Source: Vescimonas sp. (lineage in GTDB: Bacteria > Bacillota > Clostridia > Oscillospirales > Oscillospiraceae). From it: 64,000 nt of DNA. The stretch covers positions 172 through 64,171 of the forward strand of contig JAZLJB010000010.1 in NCBI GenBank assembly GCA_045617685.1. Reading direction: 5' to 3'. The notes beneath the pieces were generated by a model that did no database searches, was not told where the DNA came from, and saw only the letters and a list, made by a program, of their open reading frames with translations. Positions within the stretch are counted from its first letter, which is position 1. Each line of letters starts with the position of its first letter. Made by a program: the position numbers and the translations under genes. Below, in pieces: positions 20,174 to 30,520 of the stretch.

Positions 20174-23100
20174 TTACACCTCCTTTTCAATCGTACGGTC
20201 TACATGTGCCCAAAACTCATCCGGCTTTACAGACTTCATCTTGCGCATACGGTCTCTGCCTCGGCCATCTTCAAAGCAGCATGCCGAAGCAAATTCGCAA
20301 TACATACACGCATTATCCTGCGGTGAATGACTGCAGGGATCTGCATCGATATTACCCTGGGCCAATTCGCTTGTGATCTCATGCAGTAAGCGATCGACAT
20401 ACTGGCCCAGCTTACCAAGCTGCGCCGCCGATGCCACACCCCCGGTAATTGTGCCGTCCTTTTTGACCTGCAACGGCAAATAGCTGGGTTTTTCCAAGGC
20501 GCTGTGCTCCATAGCTTGCAGCACCTGCGGTTCTTGCAACACCATGCCGCTGCGGCGCAAAGCTTTATGGAACGCATCTGCCAGCTTTTCCTCGGTAATA
20601 TCACGCTCTTCTTTCAATATCTCATCTCGGGCCGGCAAATATAAAACACCTGCCGGAACAATAGGATAACCAAAATAGGTCGATCCTTCATCACGCAGGG
20701 TGAACAGATACAACAGCATCTGGATACCTAATCCATACTGCAAATCCGTAAGATCAAAGGACTTTTTACCGGTCTTATAGTCCACCACACGCAGGTATAG
20801 TTTACCGTCTTGCAGCCAGCCGTCCACTCGATCCACCTTACCGCTGACACTCATAGTGGTATCGCCCTCGGTAATGGTAATCGCCGGGAGCTTCGCATCC
20901 TTGCCGCCAAAGGCTAACTCGAATTCCATCGGTCTGAAATCTGACTCTGCCAATTCCGAGGCAATATTCTCTACCATAGCAAAGGCCGCCTTACGCAGAC
21001 GCTGGAACAAATAGCGAAATCTTGCGCTCTTTTCTTGATAGCCGTCAATTTCCGTTTCAGCGTATAAATCCACATAATGCTGCACCATGGCTCGCAGGTC
21101 TTTTCTGTCCACAGCAGCGTAGCCGCCCAGGCGCATCACATCACGGGTGACATTCTCCAGCAGATAATGAATGAATGTGCCTATTTCCGGTGCTTCAAAT
21201 CCGGCACTACGGCGTTCCTTTGCCCGCAAGCCGTACTGCATAAAATAGCCAAAATGGCAGCGTTTGATCTTATCCATACGAGACGCTGACATACGAATAT
21301 CGGTACCGTACAGCGTCCGCACAGCCTCCAGTGATAGCTTGCCACGCTGTACAGACTCAGCCCGGCGCATAGCTTCCAGTTGCTCGGTATATCGGCCCGT
21401 ACTCTCAAAGTACTGCCACAGTACGCCATTAGGTTCTTCTCCCGCAGCTTCTAACGCCGTAGATAATACCACCTGGCGATATCGCTTATCCTCATGCTGC
21501 AAGCGCAGCTTTGGGAATATTTTTGCAATGCGTGCCACCACAAACGATGGACGCAGCTCATTACCAGTCAAATCGGTACTTGGATAACTCACCGTCAAAT
21601 GCTCTCCGGCTTGTGTCAAACAAGCATAGATATTTTGCAGCTCATTGTCCAATGGATCAAATGTCGCATTCGACAGCAAAATATTTTGTTGCTGCAACAG
21701 TTCTCGATCTTCGGTATCTAAGATGCCGCCGCCCTTATCCACCTGCGGCAGCACATGGTCATTAGCACCCAGCAAGAACACATACGGGGCATTATGCCGG
21801 TCATTTCGTGTGATCTCGGACACATTGACCTGATCCAGTGTAGCAGGGATTGTGCCAACGCTGTACTGTGTCAGCACCAGACGCAAGAGCTTGGCAAATT
21901 CCTCGCCGTCAATCTCGCTCTCCCCTAAGATTTCCACAAACTGATCCAGCACATCGCAAAAAATCTTCCACAGTTGCTGGTACTCCTCCGCCAGCTGCAC
22001 CTGACCGCTCTCCAAAAGAGCCTGTGCCTTATTTTTCAGTGTTATGGGGATATTAGTTTGCTCCGCAAATGTGTAAAGCACTTCCACTTTATTTGCCGCT
22101 GTACTTCTGTGTTTCATCCCCTCATACAACAACTGAAGCGGTTTACGCACTTTTCCACGAACGGCATTCACCTCATCCAACTGTTTCTGACGCTCCAGGG
22201 TCATCTCCATGCCATAGCCATCAGGATTAGCGCTCCAGGCTTTATCATTCAGCCACATGGTACCATGAATATCCCATGTGATGACATAGTTCTCCAGCCG
22301 ATCGCATTCACTGCGGCTGACACCTGCCATGCCCGTTTTCAGGTAACGGAACATATCCTCATAAGTAAATCCGCCGGTCACTGCGTCTACCGCACCCAGC
22401 AACACTTTCAGCGCAGGTTTTTCCAAAATATCACTGCGGCGGCTGATATAGGCGGGAATGCCATCCCGCGCAAACACATTCTCTAAAATCGGCGCATAGT
22501 CATCCATATTGCGAGACACCACGGCAATATCACGATAACGGCACTGCCCACTTCGCACCAACGACAAAATACGATACGCCACATACTCCACCTCGGTGAA
22601 GGCTGTACCTGCTTCATAAAGCTCGATATGTTGCACATCCTTTTCCCAAGGCGTATCACTGCCAAACAGATGCTGCTCCAAATGGTGCAGCTCTCCCTCA
22701 CCATCGGACGCAAAATAGACAATTTCGCAAGGTACGCCCAACTGCTGCGCTAAACGCACCAATCGTTCACGCTGCGCCGTTGCATTTTCGAACAGATCCT
22801 TATTCCCCTGATCCCCCAAAAGAGTTACTGTGACATCATGAGCTTGTTGCAGAATAACGGAAATGATGCTCTCCTCGACACGGTTGAAATAAGAAAAACC
22901 GTCAAAGTACACATCCTTATCCTGCAAATAATCAGAATCCGGCAAACGATCACGCAATTTCTGAACACGGGAGCGTGTATCAATATCACCAGCACGCAGG
23001 TGACCGTCATAAGCCGCAAACAACAGCGCCAGATCACGCAATTTGTCACCTGCCATACCGTTCAGGTCCTGCACCTGCTGATAAAGAACTTCCGGGGCGA

Positions 23101-23488
23101 TTTCATAGGCATAAAACTCGTCAGCCAACACCACAAGCTGCTCTAAAAAAGCGGAACGCTGTGACGGTCTGCCAAACACCTTAAGCTGAGAACTCAGTTC
23201 CTGCAAGCAGCGGCGCATTGTTAAAATCTTGCCGCCGTTATCCAGCGTAAAATCGGACAGACCGCCGGTTTGCGACAACACACGGCTGGCCAGATTCCGA
23301 AAACTCAGCACCTCTGCATTGCGCGAAGCCGTGTCTCCGCAGCTTTGGCACAGATCAACCTCTGCTTCATGGGAAACATGCTCCGGTACGATCAGAACCT
23401 GCGACCGCTCATTTCGCCTTGCTTCTATCGTTTGCAATATCTTTTTCGTTTTTCCCGTACCGGCTCGGCCGATCCAAATCGTTAGCAT
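20174..23488 (-). CDS. addB: Helicase-nuclease subunit AddB
   Basis: GRAGTGKT, IVPE and GKVDRVD...VVDYKTG motifs; Fe-S cysteines (RCHF, CMYCEFASAC). Confidence 0.94.
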   Translation of the reverse strand: MLTIWIGRAGTGKTKKILQTIEARRNERSQVLIVPEHVSHEAEVDLCQSCGDTASRNAEVLSFRNLASRVLSQTGGLSDFTLDNGGKILTMRRCLQELSSQLKVFGRPSQRSAFLEQLVVLADEFYAYEIAPEVLYQQVQDLNGMAGDKLRDLALLFAAYDGHLRAGDIDTRSRVQKLRDRLPDSDYLQDKDVYFDGFSYFNRVEESIISVILQQAHDVTVTLLGDQGNKDLFENATAQRERLVRLAQQLGVPCEIVYFASDGEGELHHLEQHLFGSDTPWEKDVQHIELYEAGTAFTEVEYVAYRILSLVRSGQCRYRDIAVVSRNMDDYAPILENVFARDGIPAYISRRSDILEKPALKVLLGAVDAVTGGFTYEDMFRYLKTGMAGVSRSECDRLENYVITWDIHGTMWLNDKAWSANPDGYGMEMTLERQKQLDEVNAVRGKVRKPLQLLYEGMKHRSTAANKVEVLYTFAEQTNIPITLKNKAQALLESGQVQLAEEYQQLWKIFCDVLDQFVEILGESEIDGEEFAKLLRLVLTQYSVGTIPATLDQVNVSEITRNDRHNAPYVFLLGANDHVLPQVDKGGGILDTEDRELLQQQNILLSNATFDPLDNELQNIYACLTQAGEHLTVSYPSTDLTGNELRPSFVVARIAKIFPKLRLQHEDKRYRQVVLSTALEAAGEEPNGVLWQYFESTGRYTEQLEAMRRAESVQRGKLSLEAVRTLYGTDIRMSASRMDKIKRCHFGYFMQYGLRAKERRSAGFEAPEIGTFIHYLLENVTRDVMRLGGYAAVDRKDLRAMVQHYVDLYAETEIDGYQEKSARFRYLFQRLRKAAFAMVENIASELAESDFRPMEFELAFGGKDAKLPAITITEGDTTMSVSGKVDRVDGWLQDGKLYLRVVDYKTGKKSFDLTDLQYGLGIQMLLYLFTLRDEGSTYFGYPIVPAGVLYLPARDEILKEERDITEEKLADAFHKALRRSGMVLQEPQVLQAMEHSALEKPSYLPLQVKKDGTITGGVASAAQLGKLGQYVDRLLHEITSELAQGNIDADPCSHSPQDNACMYCEFASACCFEDGRGRDRMRKMKSVKPDEFWAHVDRTIEKEV

Positions 23489-23678
23489 CTCTTTTCACCT
23501 CACTGTGATTATCTCACATTTACTGTCCGAAAAAACTCTCTAAACGCTCACTTTTGGCTTAATTATACCATACACCCCATCGGCATTGCAACGCTATCTG
23601 CCTTCACGTTTCTTGACATAGGTCAACAATATAAGTATACTGAACAAGAAAGAATATTGGCATTTGAAAGGAGTCTTT

Positions 23679-24067
23679 ATGAACCTGATTATCTGTTGGT
23701 CTGTCAACAAAGGAATCTCTTTCAATCATCGCCGTGTCAGCCGTGACATGGCCATGATTGCCGACATAAAAGAACTGTTGGGACAGCAATCACTGAGAAT
23801 TCATCCTGCATCGCAATCGTTATTTGATGACAGCGGTATACCTTTGATCTGCGATGAATCGTTTTTATCCGATGCCGGCGAAACGGACTATGTTTTTGTG
23901 GAGAGCGATGCATATCTTCCGTTTGAAGATGATATTGACCAGATTATCGCTTATAACTGGAACCGTGACTATCCCGCCGACACCTATTTCCGCATGGATT
24001 TAAGTGCCTTTGAGTTGCCGGACACTCTCACGAAAATATCCAGCGGGAAATCTGGAACAGAGCATAA
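23679..24067 (+). pseudogene. Small clostridial conserved protein (DHFR-like fold), frameshifted near 24015
   Basis: FNHRRVSRD and WNRDYPAD motifs; the family-like C-terminus AGHSHENIQREIW* lies in another frame (24017-24067). Confidence 0.55.
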
Positions 24068-24079
24068 AGGAGAATTGCT

Positions 24080-24465
24080 ATGAACAGAAAATGGAAATCT
24101 CTTGTTCGAAATACTCCGGCAGCGGTTATTTGAGCGTCAGCAGTGCCGGCAAAGTAAAGATTGCCAAAGGCACAAAGGCGGGAACCTATACCATCAAGGT
24201 AAAAATCAATGCAGCCTCGACTGCCAATTATAAATCTGCTTCCGCCATTAAAACCATCACAGTAAAGATAAGCAATTCTACCACTACTACCACCTCTACT
24301 CCGACTTCAAGTTCCTATGTATTAAACACAAGCAGCAAAGCTTTCCACTACTCTTCCTGCGCCAGTGTCGCAAGAATGAGTGATGCAAATCGTGCTGTTT
24401 ACAACGGCAGTCGCAACGATTTGATCAGCAAGGGTTATCACCCCTGCGGTAATTGCCATCCCTAA
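24080..24465 (+). pseudogene. Internally deleted secreted protein (Ig-like strands, Thr/Ser linker, Ada-like metal-binding tail)
   Basis: AGGAGA RBS and ATG (MNRKWKSL...) stop after 17 codons; another frame carries GKVKIAKGTKAGTYTIKV and YVLNTSSKAFHYSSC...GYHPCGNCHP. Confidence 0.6.
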
Positions 24466-24517
24466 TAGCGAGAAAACCTCTCAGCTTACACAAGCTGAGA
24501 GGTTTTTTGATAGTCAT

Positions 24518-25132
24518 TCAATTCTTCCCTAACCATTGGCGGAATGTTTCCCACAGTTCTACAGAGCGGAATTTTAACACATATCCCGCATCCTCCTCCG
24601 TGATCAGCGACAAATCATCTTCACCCAAGCCGGCGGCTATGGCAGTTTTGGGTAAATCTGTTGCAGCCGTAGTACACAGCGGCGGATAAACTACGCACCA
24701 CCAATTATGGCCTGCTCCCTCTCCTATCACAACACGCAAGGCTAAATACTTGCCACCCGGCAGTGAAAAGCCATCGTATTCTTTTGTGGGGAATTCGGTT
24801 TCTTCCAACCGTGCTGTTACGGGATAATCATAGCCTTGCGCAGCAATCTCTTTTGCCGCCGTATGTTCAATCGCAGGCAATGCTGCGTCAATCCGCCGTT
24901 GCGCCTGAATCATATTATCAGAATGTTTCAAGAGCTCTGTCGCCTGCGCCAACACATCGTCACGCACCTGCAATTTCAGCTCCTGATCCTCCGCAGAGTC
25001 AGAATTTGCTATGACATGCAAGCGTATCATCTTCTGCTCCAACGCATCCTGACGCTGTAATGACCACGCACCCCATATTGCCGTCACGGCCAACGCTACT
25101 GCCAACGCAATTTCCCAATATTTCAATTTCAT
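24518..25132 (-). CDS. spoIIR: Stage II sporulation protein R
   Basis: IRLHVIANSDSAEDQELKLQVRD, FPTKEY and GAGHNWWCVVYPPLC motifs. Confidence 0.96.
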   Translation of the reverse strand: MKLKYWEIALAVALAVTAIWGAWSLQRQDALEQKMIRLHVIANSDSAEDQELKLQVRDDVLAQATELLKHSDNMIQAQRRIDAALPAIEHTAAKEIAAQGYDYPVTARLEETEFPTKEYDGFSLPGGKYLALRVVIGEGAGHNWWCVVYPPLCTTAATDLPKTAIAAGLGEDDLSLITEEDAGYVLKFRSVELWETFRQWLGKN

Positions 25133-25186
25133 AAAAACACCGTCCGTATGTAGATTTGTCTACATTGTGGACGGTGTTTTCAGTTT

Positions 25187-26038
25187 TTATACACATTGAC
25201 CGATAAAAGTTTGGGGATATTCCTTTTCCAACGCCTGATATGCCGCTTTCGCCACAGTTTCCTCTGCAAATATACCAAATACAGCGCTGCCACTGCCGGA
25301 CATCATAGCGTTCAATGCGCCCAATGCTATCAGCTTATTCTTAATCACGAAAACTTCGCTGTCTGACGGCACTACCTGCTCAAAAACATTATATATCCCA
25401 TCGCTGATTTTCTCCACGCTACCGTTCTGCAATGCTTGTACCATAGAGGTCTGATCGCCATTATGATTTACGCCTTGCTCATCAATTTTTCGATACATCG
25501 CCGCCGTAGAAAACGAACAGTCCGGCTTACAAAGGACAACCCAGCACAGCGGCATTTGAGGCAATGCCGTCAATTTCTCGCCGCGTCCCTCCGCCAAAGC
25601 GGTTTCACTGCCCACACAGAACGGCACATCACTGCCCACCTCGGCAGCCATGTTCTTCAAGTCTTCCACGGGCATATCCGGGCGGTAAATCTTACGCAAC
25701 CCACGCAACACAGCGGCTGCATCAGCGCTGCCGCCACCTAAACCGGCCTGCATAGGAATATGCTTTTCCAACACAATTTTCAAGCCATCGCAGGCAACGC
25801 CCGTCTTTTTGAAAAACACCTGTGCCGCTTTGAAAGCTAAATTGCTCTCATCCACCGGCAGTTCTGCCCAATCACAAATCGTCTCCACGCCTTCGCCTAA
25901 GCCGTTTTCCAGCGTGACCACATCATTTACAGCTACGCAAGTCATCACAGATTCTAAATCGTGGTAACCGTCTGCTCGTTTTGCACCAACGCTTAATGTT
26001 AAATTGATCTTTGCCGATGCCAATTCCACCACTTTCAT
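25187..26038 (-). CDS. ispE: 4-diphosphocytidyl-2-C-methyl-D-erythritol kinase
   Basis: AKINLTL, DGYH, IPMQAGLGGGSADAA, GSDVPF and MSGSGS motifs. Confidence 0.96.
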   Translation of the reverse strand: MKVVELASAKINLTLSVGAKRADGYHDLESVMTCVAVNDVVTLENGLGEGVETICDWAELPVDESNLAFKAAQVFFKKTGVACDGLKIVLEKHIPMQAGLGGGSADAAAVLRGLRKIYRPDMPVEDLKNMAAEVGSDVPFCVGSETALAEGRGEKLTALPQMPLCWVVLCKPDCSFSTAAMYRKIDEQGVNHNGDQTSMVQALQNGSVEKISDGIYNVFEQVVPSDSEVFVIKNKLIALGALNAMMSGSGSAVFGIFAEETVAKAAYQALEKEYPQTFIGQCV

Positions 26039-26385
26039 TGCTCTGACTCCTTACTGCTCTCAAAGTTATCTATCGCACCCTCTACCGGAATAACCATACT
26101 AATTGCACCAATCACTTGCAATGCCACAATCACATATACAACAATATTCTGCGTACCGGCAGCCGTTAAGCGTATAGAACGCATAATCATAAAGCCTAAC
26201 GCCCCATACACCAATCCAAACTGCCATAAGAGCTTGCAAAACACTCCGTCGGCATATTTCTGCTGCTCGGCTGTTAACTGACGCTTCGGCGAACGATACT
26301 TGCGCATCTTTATTCGAGGCAGTATTAACCCCAACAACACCATCAATGCCGGAATGATCAGCACATACCACCATGTATAAAACAT
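26035..26385 (-). CDS. Hypothetical 3-TM membrane protein
   Basis: Three hydrophobic segments; stop overlaps the ispE start. Confidence 0.65.
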   Translation of the reverse strand: MFYTWWYVLIIPALMVLLGLILPRIKMRKYRSPKRQLTAEQQKYADGVFCKLLWQFGLVYGALGFMIMRSIRLTAAGTQNIVVYVIVALQVIGAISMVIPVEGAIDNFESSKESEQ

Positions 26386-26469
26386 ACCATCACTTCCCAA
26401 ATAAAAAATAGGGCTGCTGAGAACACTCAGCAACCCTATTATATCGCATTTAGCTTGGTTTTTCTACCC

Positions 26470-27753
26470 TTACTTTACGATCTTACGAGCCTCGATGTAG
26501 TAACGCTTGTCCTGAGCATGACCCATGGAGAAGGTCTTGCGAGGCAGAACGCCGTCAGCCATAACGGTCTTGAACAGCTGCTCCTTACCCATAGCAGGCA
26601 GCTTGATCCCGAAGTTGCCTTCCTTGCTGCCCAGCTCGTCAACAACCTCATCACCGTGGATGTAGTCGACCTCGCCGCCAAATTCCTTCAGGTACTTATC
26701 CAAGAAGGTCTGGACGGATGCAACGCACAGCTGCTTCTCAGGATTGGGAATGGTGATGAAACCAGCCTTGCCGGCATAGTTATATGCGAAGCAGTGGCCC
26801 TCGCCCTTGCCCTCATAGGCATCGGGATAGAACTTCTTGAACTCAGCCATCAGATGCTCGGGCTTCACGCCGAACAGCACACGGTGGATGGGCTCGAACT
26901 GCAGAGCATCGTCATGGTTATTAACAACCTCGACCAGAGCATAGCGTGCGGGCAGAGCCAAGTACTCCTCGGGAGTCTTGCCGACCTTCTGCTCTTCATA
27001 GCAAGCCTTTGCAGTTGCCAGAGAGTGGTTACCGTCACCAACAGCAAACAGCAGAGGTGCTGCGCCGGACAGGTTATACTTGGACATCTGAGCCTCATCG
27101 GAGCACAGACCGGTCAGAGCATCGGCAACAGCATCCAGCTGAGCGTCAGACAGCTTGTAGCCCTTAATGTGACCACCATTCTGCATCAGGTCAAAATCAT
27201 AAACAACTTCCATCTTGTCAGCAGCTGCGGTCAGGGGCTCGATAACGGTCTTCTCGGGGTTATCGATCAACAGCATGACGTGGGGCAGCTCGATGGGAGC
27301 GTTGCGGCGAACGCGTGCGCGAGGAGGAATACGATCCTGAACAGTAGCCTCGGTTGCACGGATCAAAGCACCGCTGCCGGGGGTGAAATCGTAAGCGTCC
27401 AAATCGACCATACCGATCAGACCGTGACGGATCTTACCGTCGGACTGCTCACGCTCAATGTAAACCAAAGAATCAACCAAAGTTTCAAAGATGCCATCAG
27501 CCATGTACTTGTCCATGGAAGCATTAATGTCGCCGATCAACTCGTCAACATTGGGTGCCTTCAGGTTAGCTTCAGGCAGAATCAAACGCAGAGTGGAAGG
27601 AGCATCGCCTACCTTCTTCTCCACTGCCTCCCAGTACTCAGGTTCAGAGGTGAACTGGTCGCAAGCGACAACTGCCCACTTCTCCATATCCTGATCCTTG
27701 GGGAGCATGATGTTGGCGGGATAGAAGCCCAGCTTTTCAAACTTCTTATTCAT
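26470..27753 (-). CDS. DUF1015 family protein
   Basis: WAVVACDQFTS, IRATEAT, AVGDGNHSLATAK and LPRKTFSMG motifs; codon usage looks highly expressed. Confidence 0.9.
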   Translation of the reverse strand: MNKKFEKLGFYPANIMLPKDQDMEKWAVVACDQFTSEPEYWEAVEKKVGDAPSTLRLILPEANLKAPNVDELIGDINASMDKYMADGIFETLVDSLVYIEREQSDGKIRHGLIGMVDLDAYDFTPGSGALIRATEATVQDRIPPRARVRRNAPIELPHVMLLIDNPEKTVIEPLTAAADKMEVVYDFDLMQNGGHIKGYKLSDAQLDAVADALTGLCSDEAQMSKYNLSGAAPLLFAVGDGNHSLATAKACYEEQKVGKTPEEYLALPARYALVEVVNNHDDALQFEPIHRVLFGVKPEHLMAEFKKFYPDAYEGKGEGHCFAYNYAGKAGFITIPNPEKQLCVASVQTFLDKYLKEFGGEVDYIHGDEVVDELGSKEGNFGIKLPAMGKEQLFKTVMADGVLPRKTFSMGHAQDKRYYIEARKIVK

Positions 27754-27966
27754 GTTGTTTCCTCCTTATTGTATTTGAAAAAACAGTATTTATGCAAACT
27801 TGCTTATAGGTATCATACCATAAACTACCACCACTTTTCAATCATCTATGTAAAAAAAACTAAATTTTTTTTAGTTTTCCAAACATTTTTTTGTGCGTAT
27901 ACCACATGATTTTATGGACACACTAAGATGGCATCCTGTATTTTGCAAAAAAACGGAGGTACAAAT

Positions 27967-28170
27967 ATGAAAGTGCTGGATCGCATTGCTTTGGTGCTGG
28001 TCATCATCGGCGCACTGAACTGGGGCAGCGTGGGCCTGTTCGGCTTTGACTGCGTAGCCTTCTTGTGCGGTGGACAGATGGGCACCATAAGCCGAATCAT
28101 TTATTCCTTGGTTGGCCTCGCCGGTCTGTGGAGTATCACATTCCTGTTCCGCGAAGTCGGCGACGAATAA
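27967..28170 (+). CDS. DUF378 (YuzA-like) small membrane protein
   Basis: LVIIGALNWG..GLFGFD and RIIYSLVGLAG motifs; GGAGG RBS. Confidence 0.9.
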   Translation: MKVLDRIALVLVIIGALNWGSVGLFGFDCVAFLCGGQMGTISRIIYSLVGLAGLWSITFLFREVGDE

Positions 28171-28209
28171 AAAAGAGCTGTTGCAAATCTATTTTGCAAC
28201 AGCTCTTTT

Positions 28210-29949
28210 TTATTTTACTTTCAACCTTTTTACCAGTTCAGCATCTGCTGTCACTTCCATGGTCTGATAGGTGGTATACACCACCATACCCGGACGACTG
28301 CCGGCCGGCTTCTTGACAAATTTCACTGGAGTATAATCTACGGAAATCTTACCGCCATCACGCCCCTGTGAATAATATGCCGCCAAAACCGCCGCCTCAT
28401 ATAGGCTCTGTTCATCCGGCTGCGCACCATCCGTACACAAAATCACATGGGAGCCATGTATTTTCTGCGTGTGGAGCCAGATGTCCCACTTTTGGGCTAT
28501 TTTGCCGGTCAATTTATCATTTTGCCGATTATTGCGCCCTACCAAGATGCGCATACCGTTACCGGAGCAAAACTCACGGGGCTTCGATGTACGCTGAAAA
28601 CCGCTCTGCTTTTTGCCGTGGGAGCGAATATAGCCGCCTTCACTCAGTTCAGCTCGAATATCATTGAAGTCCTGTTCGCTCTCGGCAAGCTGTAACTCCT
28701 GCAACACGCTCTCCAAATAGGTCAGCTCTGATCTGCCCTTTTCCAATTGCTGGGTAAGCATCTTTTCCGCCGTTTTCGCCTTAGTATATTGCTTGAAATA
28801 GCGAGCGGCATTTTCCTGAGGTGACAAGCGCATATCCAGCGGAATATCTATCCGGGGGCAACTATCTTCGTAATAGTTCTCCGCTGTCAAACGAGATTCT
28901 CCACGGTGCATGCGGTAGAGATTAGCGGTGATCAGCTCACCGCAGATGCGCAAATGATCACGATCCTGCGTGCGCTGATATTCTTTCTCCTGCAAGGCGA
29001 TCTTTCGGCGCACTCGGTCACGGGCATTAGTGGCTGTTTTGATGAGATCCTGCCCTTTTTGGCGCACCCGCTCCGCCTGCTCACGGCCTTCATAAAACTC
29101 GTCCAGCAGTTGGCAAAAGCTTTCACCGGGTAATAGTTCAGCGCTTGCTCCGTACTGTGCAATATTTCGGTAAGAGAAGTCTGCCAGTTTCCCGTTTCTC
29201 TTTATCACAACAGGTGTAAAGTTATTATTGTTTACACCATTTTGCCACAGAAAGAAGGTATCTGTCAGCTTTTCCCGATCCACTCCACAGCAATGATCGG
29301 TTTCGCCAAAGGCACAGCAAACGATTTCACGGGCAATGAGCGGTGAAACGGCAGTAAATGTATCCAAGAGCCATTTATCCAGCGGCTCGCCACCGGGGCA
29401 AGCCTGCAACAACGCTTCAAACTCTTCACGCTGAACGGTCAGCGGTGAGCGTTTGGTCTGCTTTGGCGGCAGGTGATAATATAACCCGGGCAATACTTGT
29501 CTCTGCTGGGACATCTCAAAATCCACACGGCGCAGGCAATCTAAAATACGCCCGTCTTTACCGCACAAAACAAGATTGGAATGGCGACCCATGCATTCTA
29601 ATATCAAACGGTATGCACTGCGCTCTCCCATTTCATCCGTTGCCTCGATAGTCAATGTCACCACACGCTCTAACGGCTCCTGCTCCACAGCGGTAATATA
29701 TCCACCGCTCAAGTACTTGCGCAGCAACATACAGAACATCGGCGGCTGCGAGGGATTATCACGCAACTGCTGGGTCAAATGAATACGAGGCTGATTTGCG
29801 CCGGCATTCATATAAAGCCGCCGGCTGCCACGCAGTAAAAGCACCACCTGATCGCGTGCCGGCTGCTGAATTTTTTCAATTCTACTCCCCACAATCTGCG
29901 GTGCGATCTCCCCTACCACAGCTTGCAGACATATAGCATCCAACGGCAT
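28210..29949 (-). CDS. rqcH: Ribosome quality-control factor RqcH (FbpA/NFACT family)
   Basis: PPMFCMLLRKYL, MGRHSN, NAARYFKQYTKAK, VGRNNRQND and GSHVI motifs. Confidence 0.93.
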   Translation of the reverse strand: MPLDAICLQAVVGEIAPQIVGSRIEKIQQPARDQVVLLLRGSRRLYMNAGANQPRIHLTQQLRDNPSQPPMFCMLLRKYLSGGYITAVEQEPLERVVTLTIEATDEMGERSAYRLILECMGRHSNLVLCGKDGRILDCLRRVDFEMSQQRQVLPGLYYHLPPKQTKRSPLTVQREEFEALLQACPGGEPLDKWLLDTFTAVSPLIAREIVCCAFGETDHCCGVDREKLTDTFFLWQNGVNNNNFTPVVIKRNGKLADFSYRNIAQYGASAELLPGESFCQLLDEFYEGREQAERVRQKGQDLIKTATNARDRVRRKIALQEKEYQRTQDRDHLRICGELITANLYRMHRGESRLTAENYYEDSCPRIDIPLDMRLSPQENAARYFKQYTKAKTAEKMLTQQLEKGRSELTYLESVLQELQLAESEQDFNDIRAELSEGGYIRSHGKKQSGFQRTSKPREFCSGNGMRILVGRNNRQNDKLTGKIAQKWDIWLHTQKIHGSHVILCTDGAQPDEQSLYEAAVLAAYYSQGRDGGKISVDYTPVKFVKKPAGSRPGMVVYTTYQTMEVTADAELVKRLKVK

Positions 29950-29952
29950 AGC

Positions 29953-30354
29953 TTACTCCTCCATCATCAGGTTAAACAGTTCGTTGATGCGCTGACGCTC
30001 TCCATTCAGATACAACCAGCCAAACAGTGCCTCCAACGCCGTTGCCTGCTGATAGTCAGCACGGCTGGCATGCTTGGGTACACTGTGGACATTGGCATTG
30101 CGGCCACGCTTGAATACGGTGCTCTCCTCTTCCGTCAGCAACGGCAGAATGCGCTGCGCACGACGAGATTGCTCTTGCGCACAAACCAAGGCAATGGTAG
30201 CACGATGCAATCCCTTTCCGGTGGCTTTTCCGTGTGCGCACAAATAGGTGCGCACCAGCAATTCGTATACAGCATCGCCCAAATGAGCCAATCCGATGCT
30301 GCTGATGCCACGAATTTCATCACTATTACATTGAATGGAAAAATAGTCCGTCAT
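29953..30354 (-). CDS. mrnC: Mini-ribonuclease III
   Basis: LAHLGDAVYEL, KRGRNA and YQQATALEALFGWLY motifs. Confidence 0.94.
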   Translation of the reverse strand: MTDYFSIQCNSDEIRGISSIGLAHLGDAVYELLVRTYLCAHGKATGKGLHRATIALVCAQEQSRRAQRILPLLTEEESTVFKRGRNANVHSVPKHASRADYQQATALEALFGWLYLNGERQRINELFNLMMEE

Positions 30355-30520
30355 CGTTATCCCTCTCGTAAAAAGAGCCTGAAATCTGACGATTCCAGGC
30401 TCTAAGCGCTTGAATAGTACGGTTTATTATAACCCGTTTATTTAATGAATTCAAGTGTGTATTTCATGTGCCGCTTTTCCATTCAGCCCGCCGCCAAACA
30501 GTTTTGCGCCCATATCCCTA

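Noticed and set aside
27830-27895. CodY-like box upstream of DUF1015
   Set aside because: The best match has about 4 mismatches in a very AT-rich tract and is not distinguishable from background.
26455-27909. 484-aa plus-strand ORF
   Set aside because: Antisense shadow of the strongly codon-biased DUF1015 gene; no RBS or recognisable motifs.
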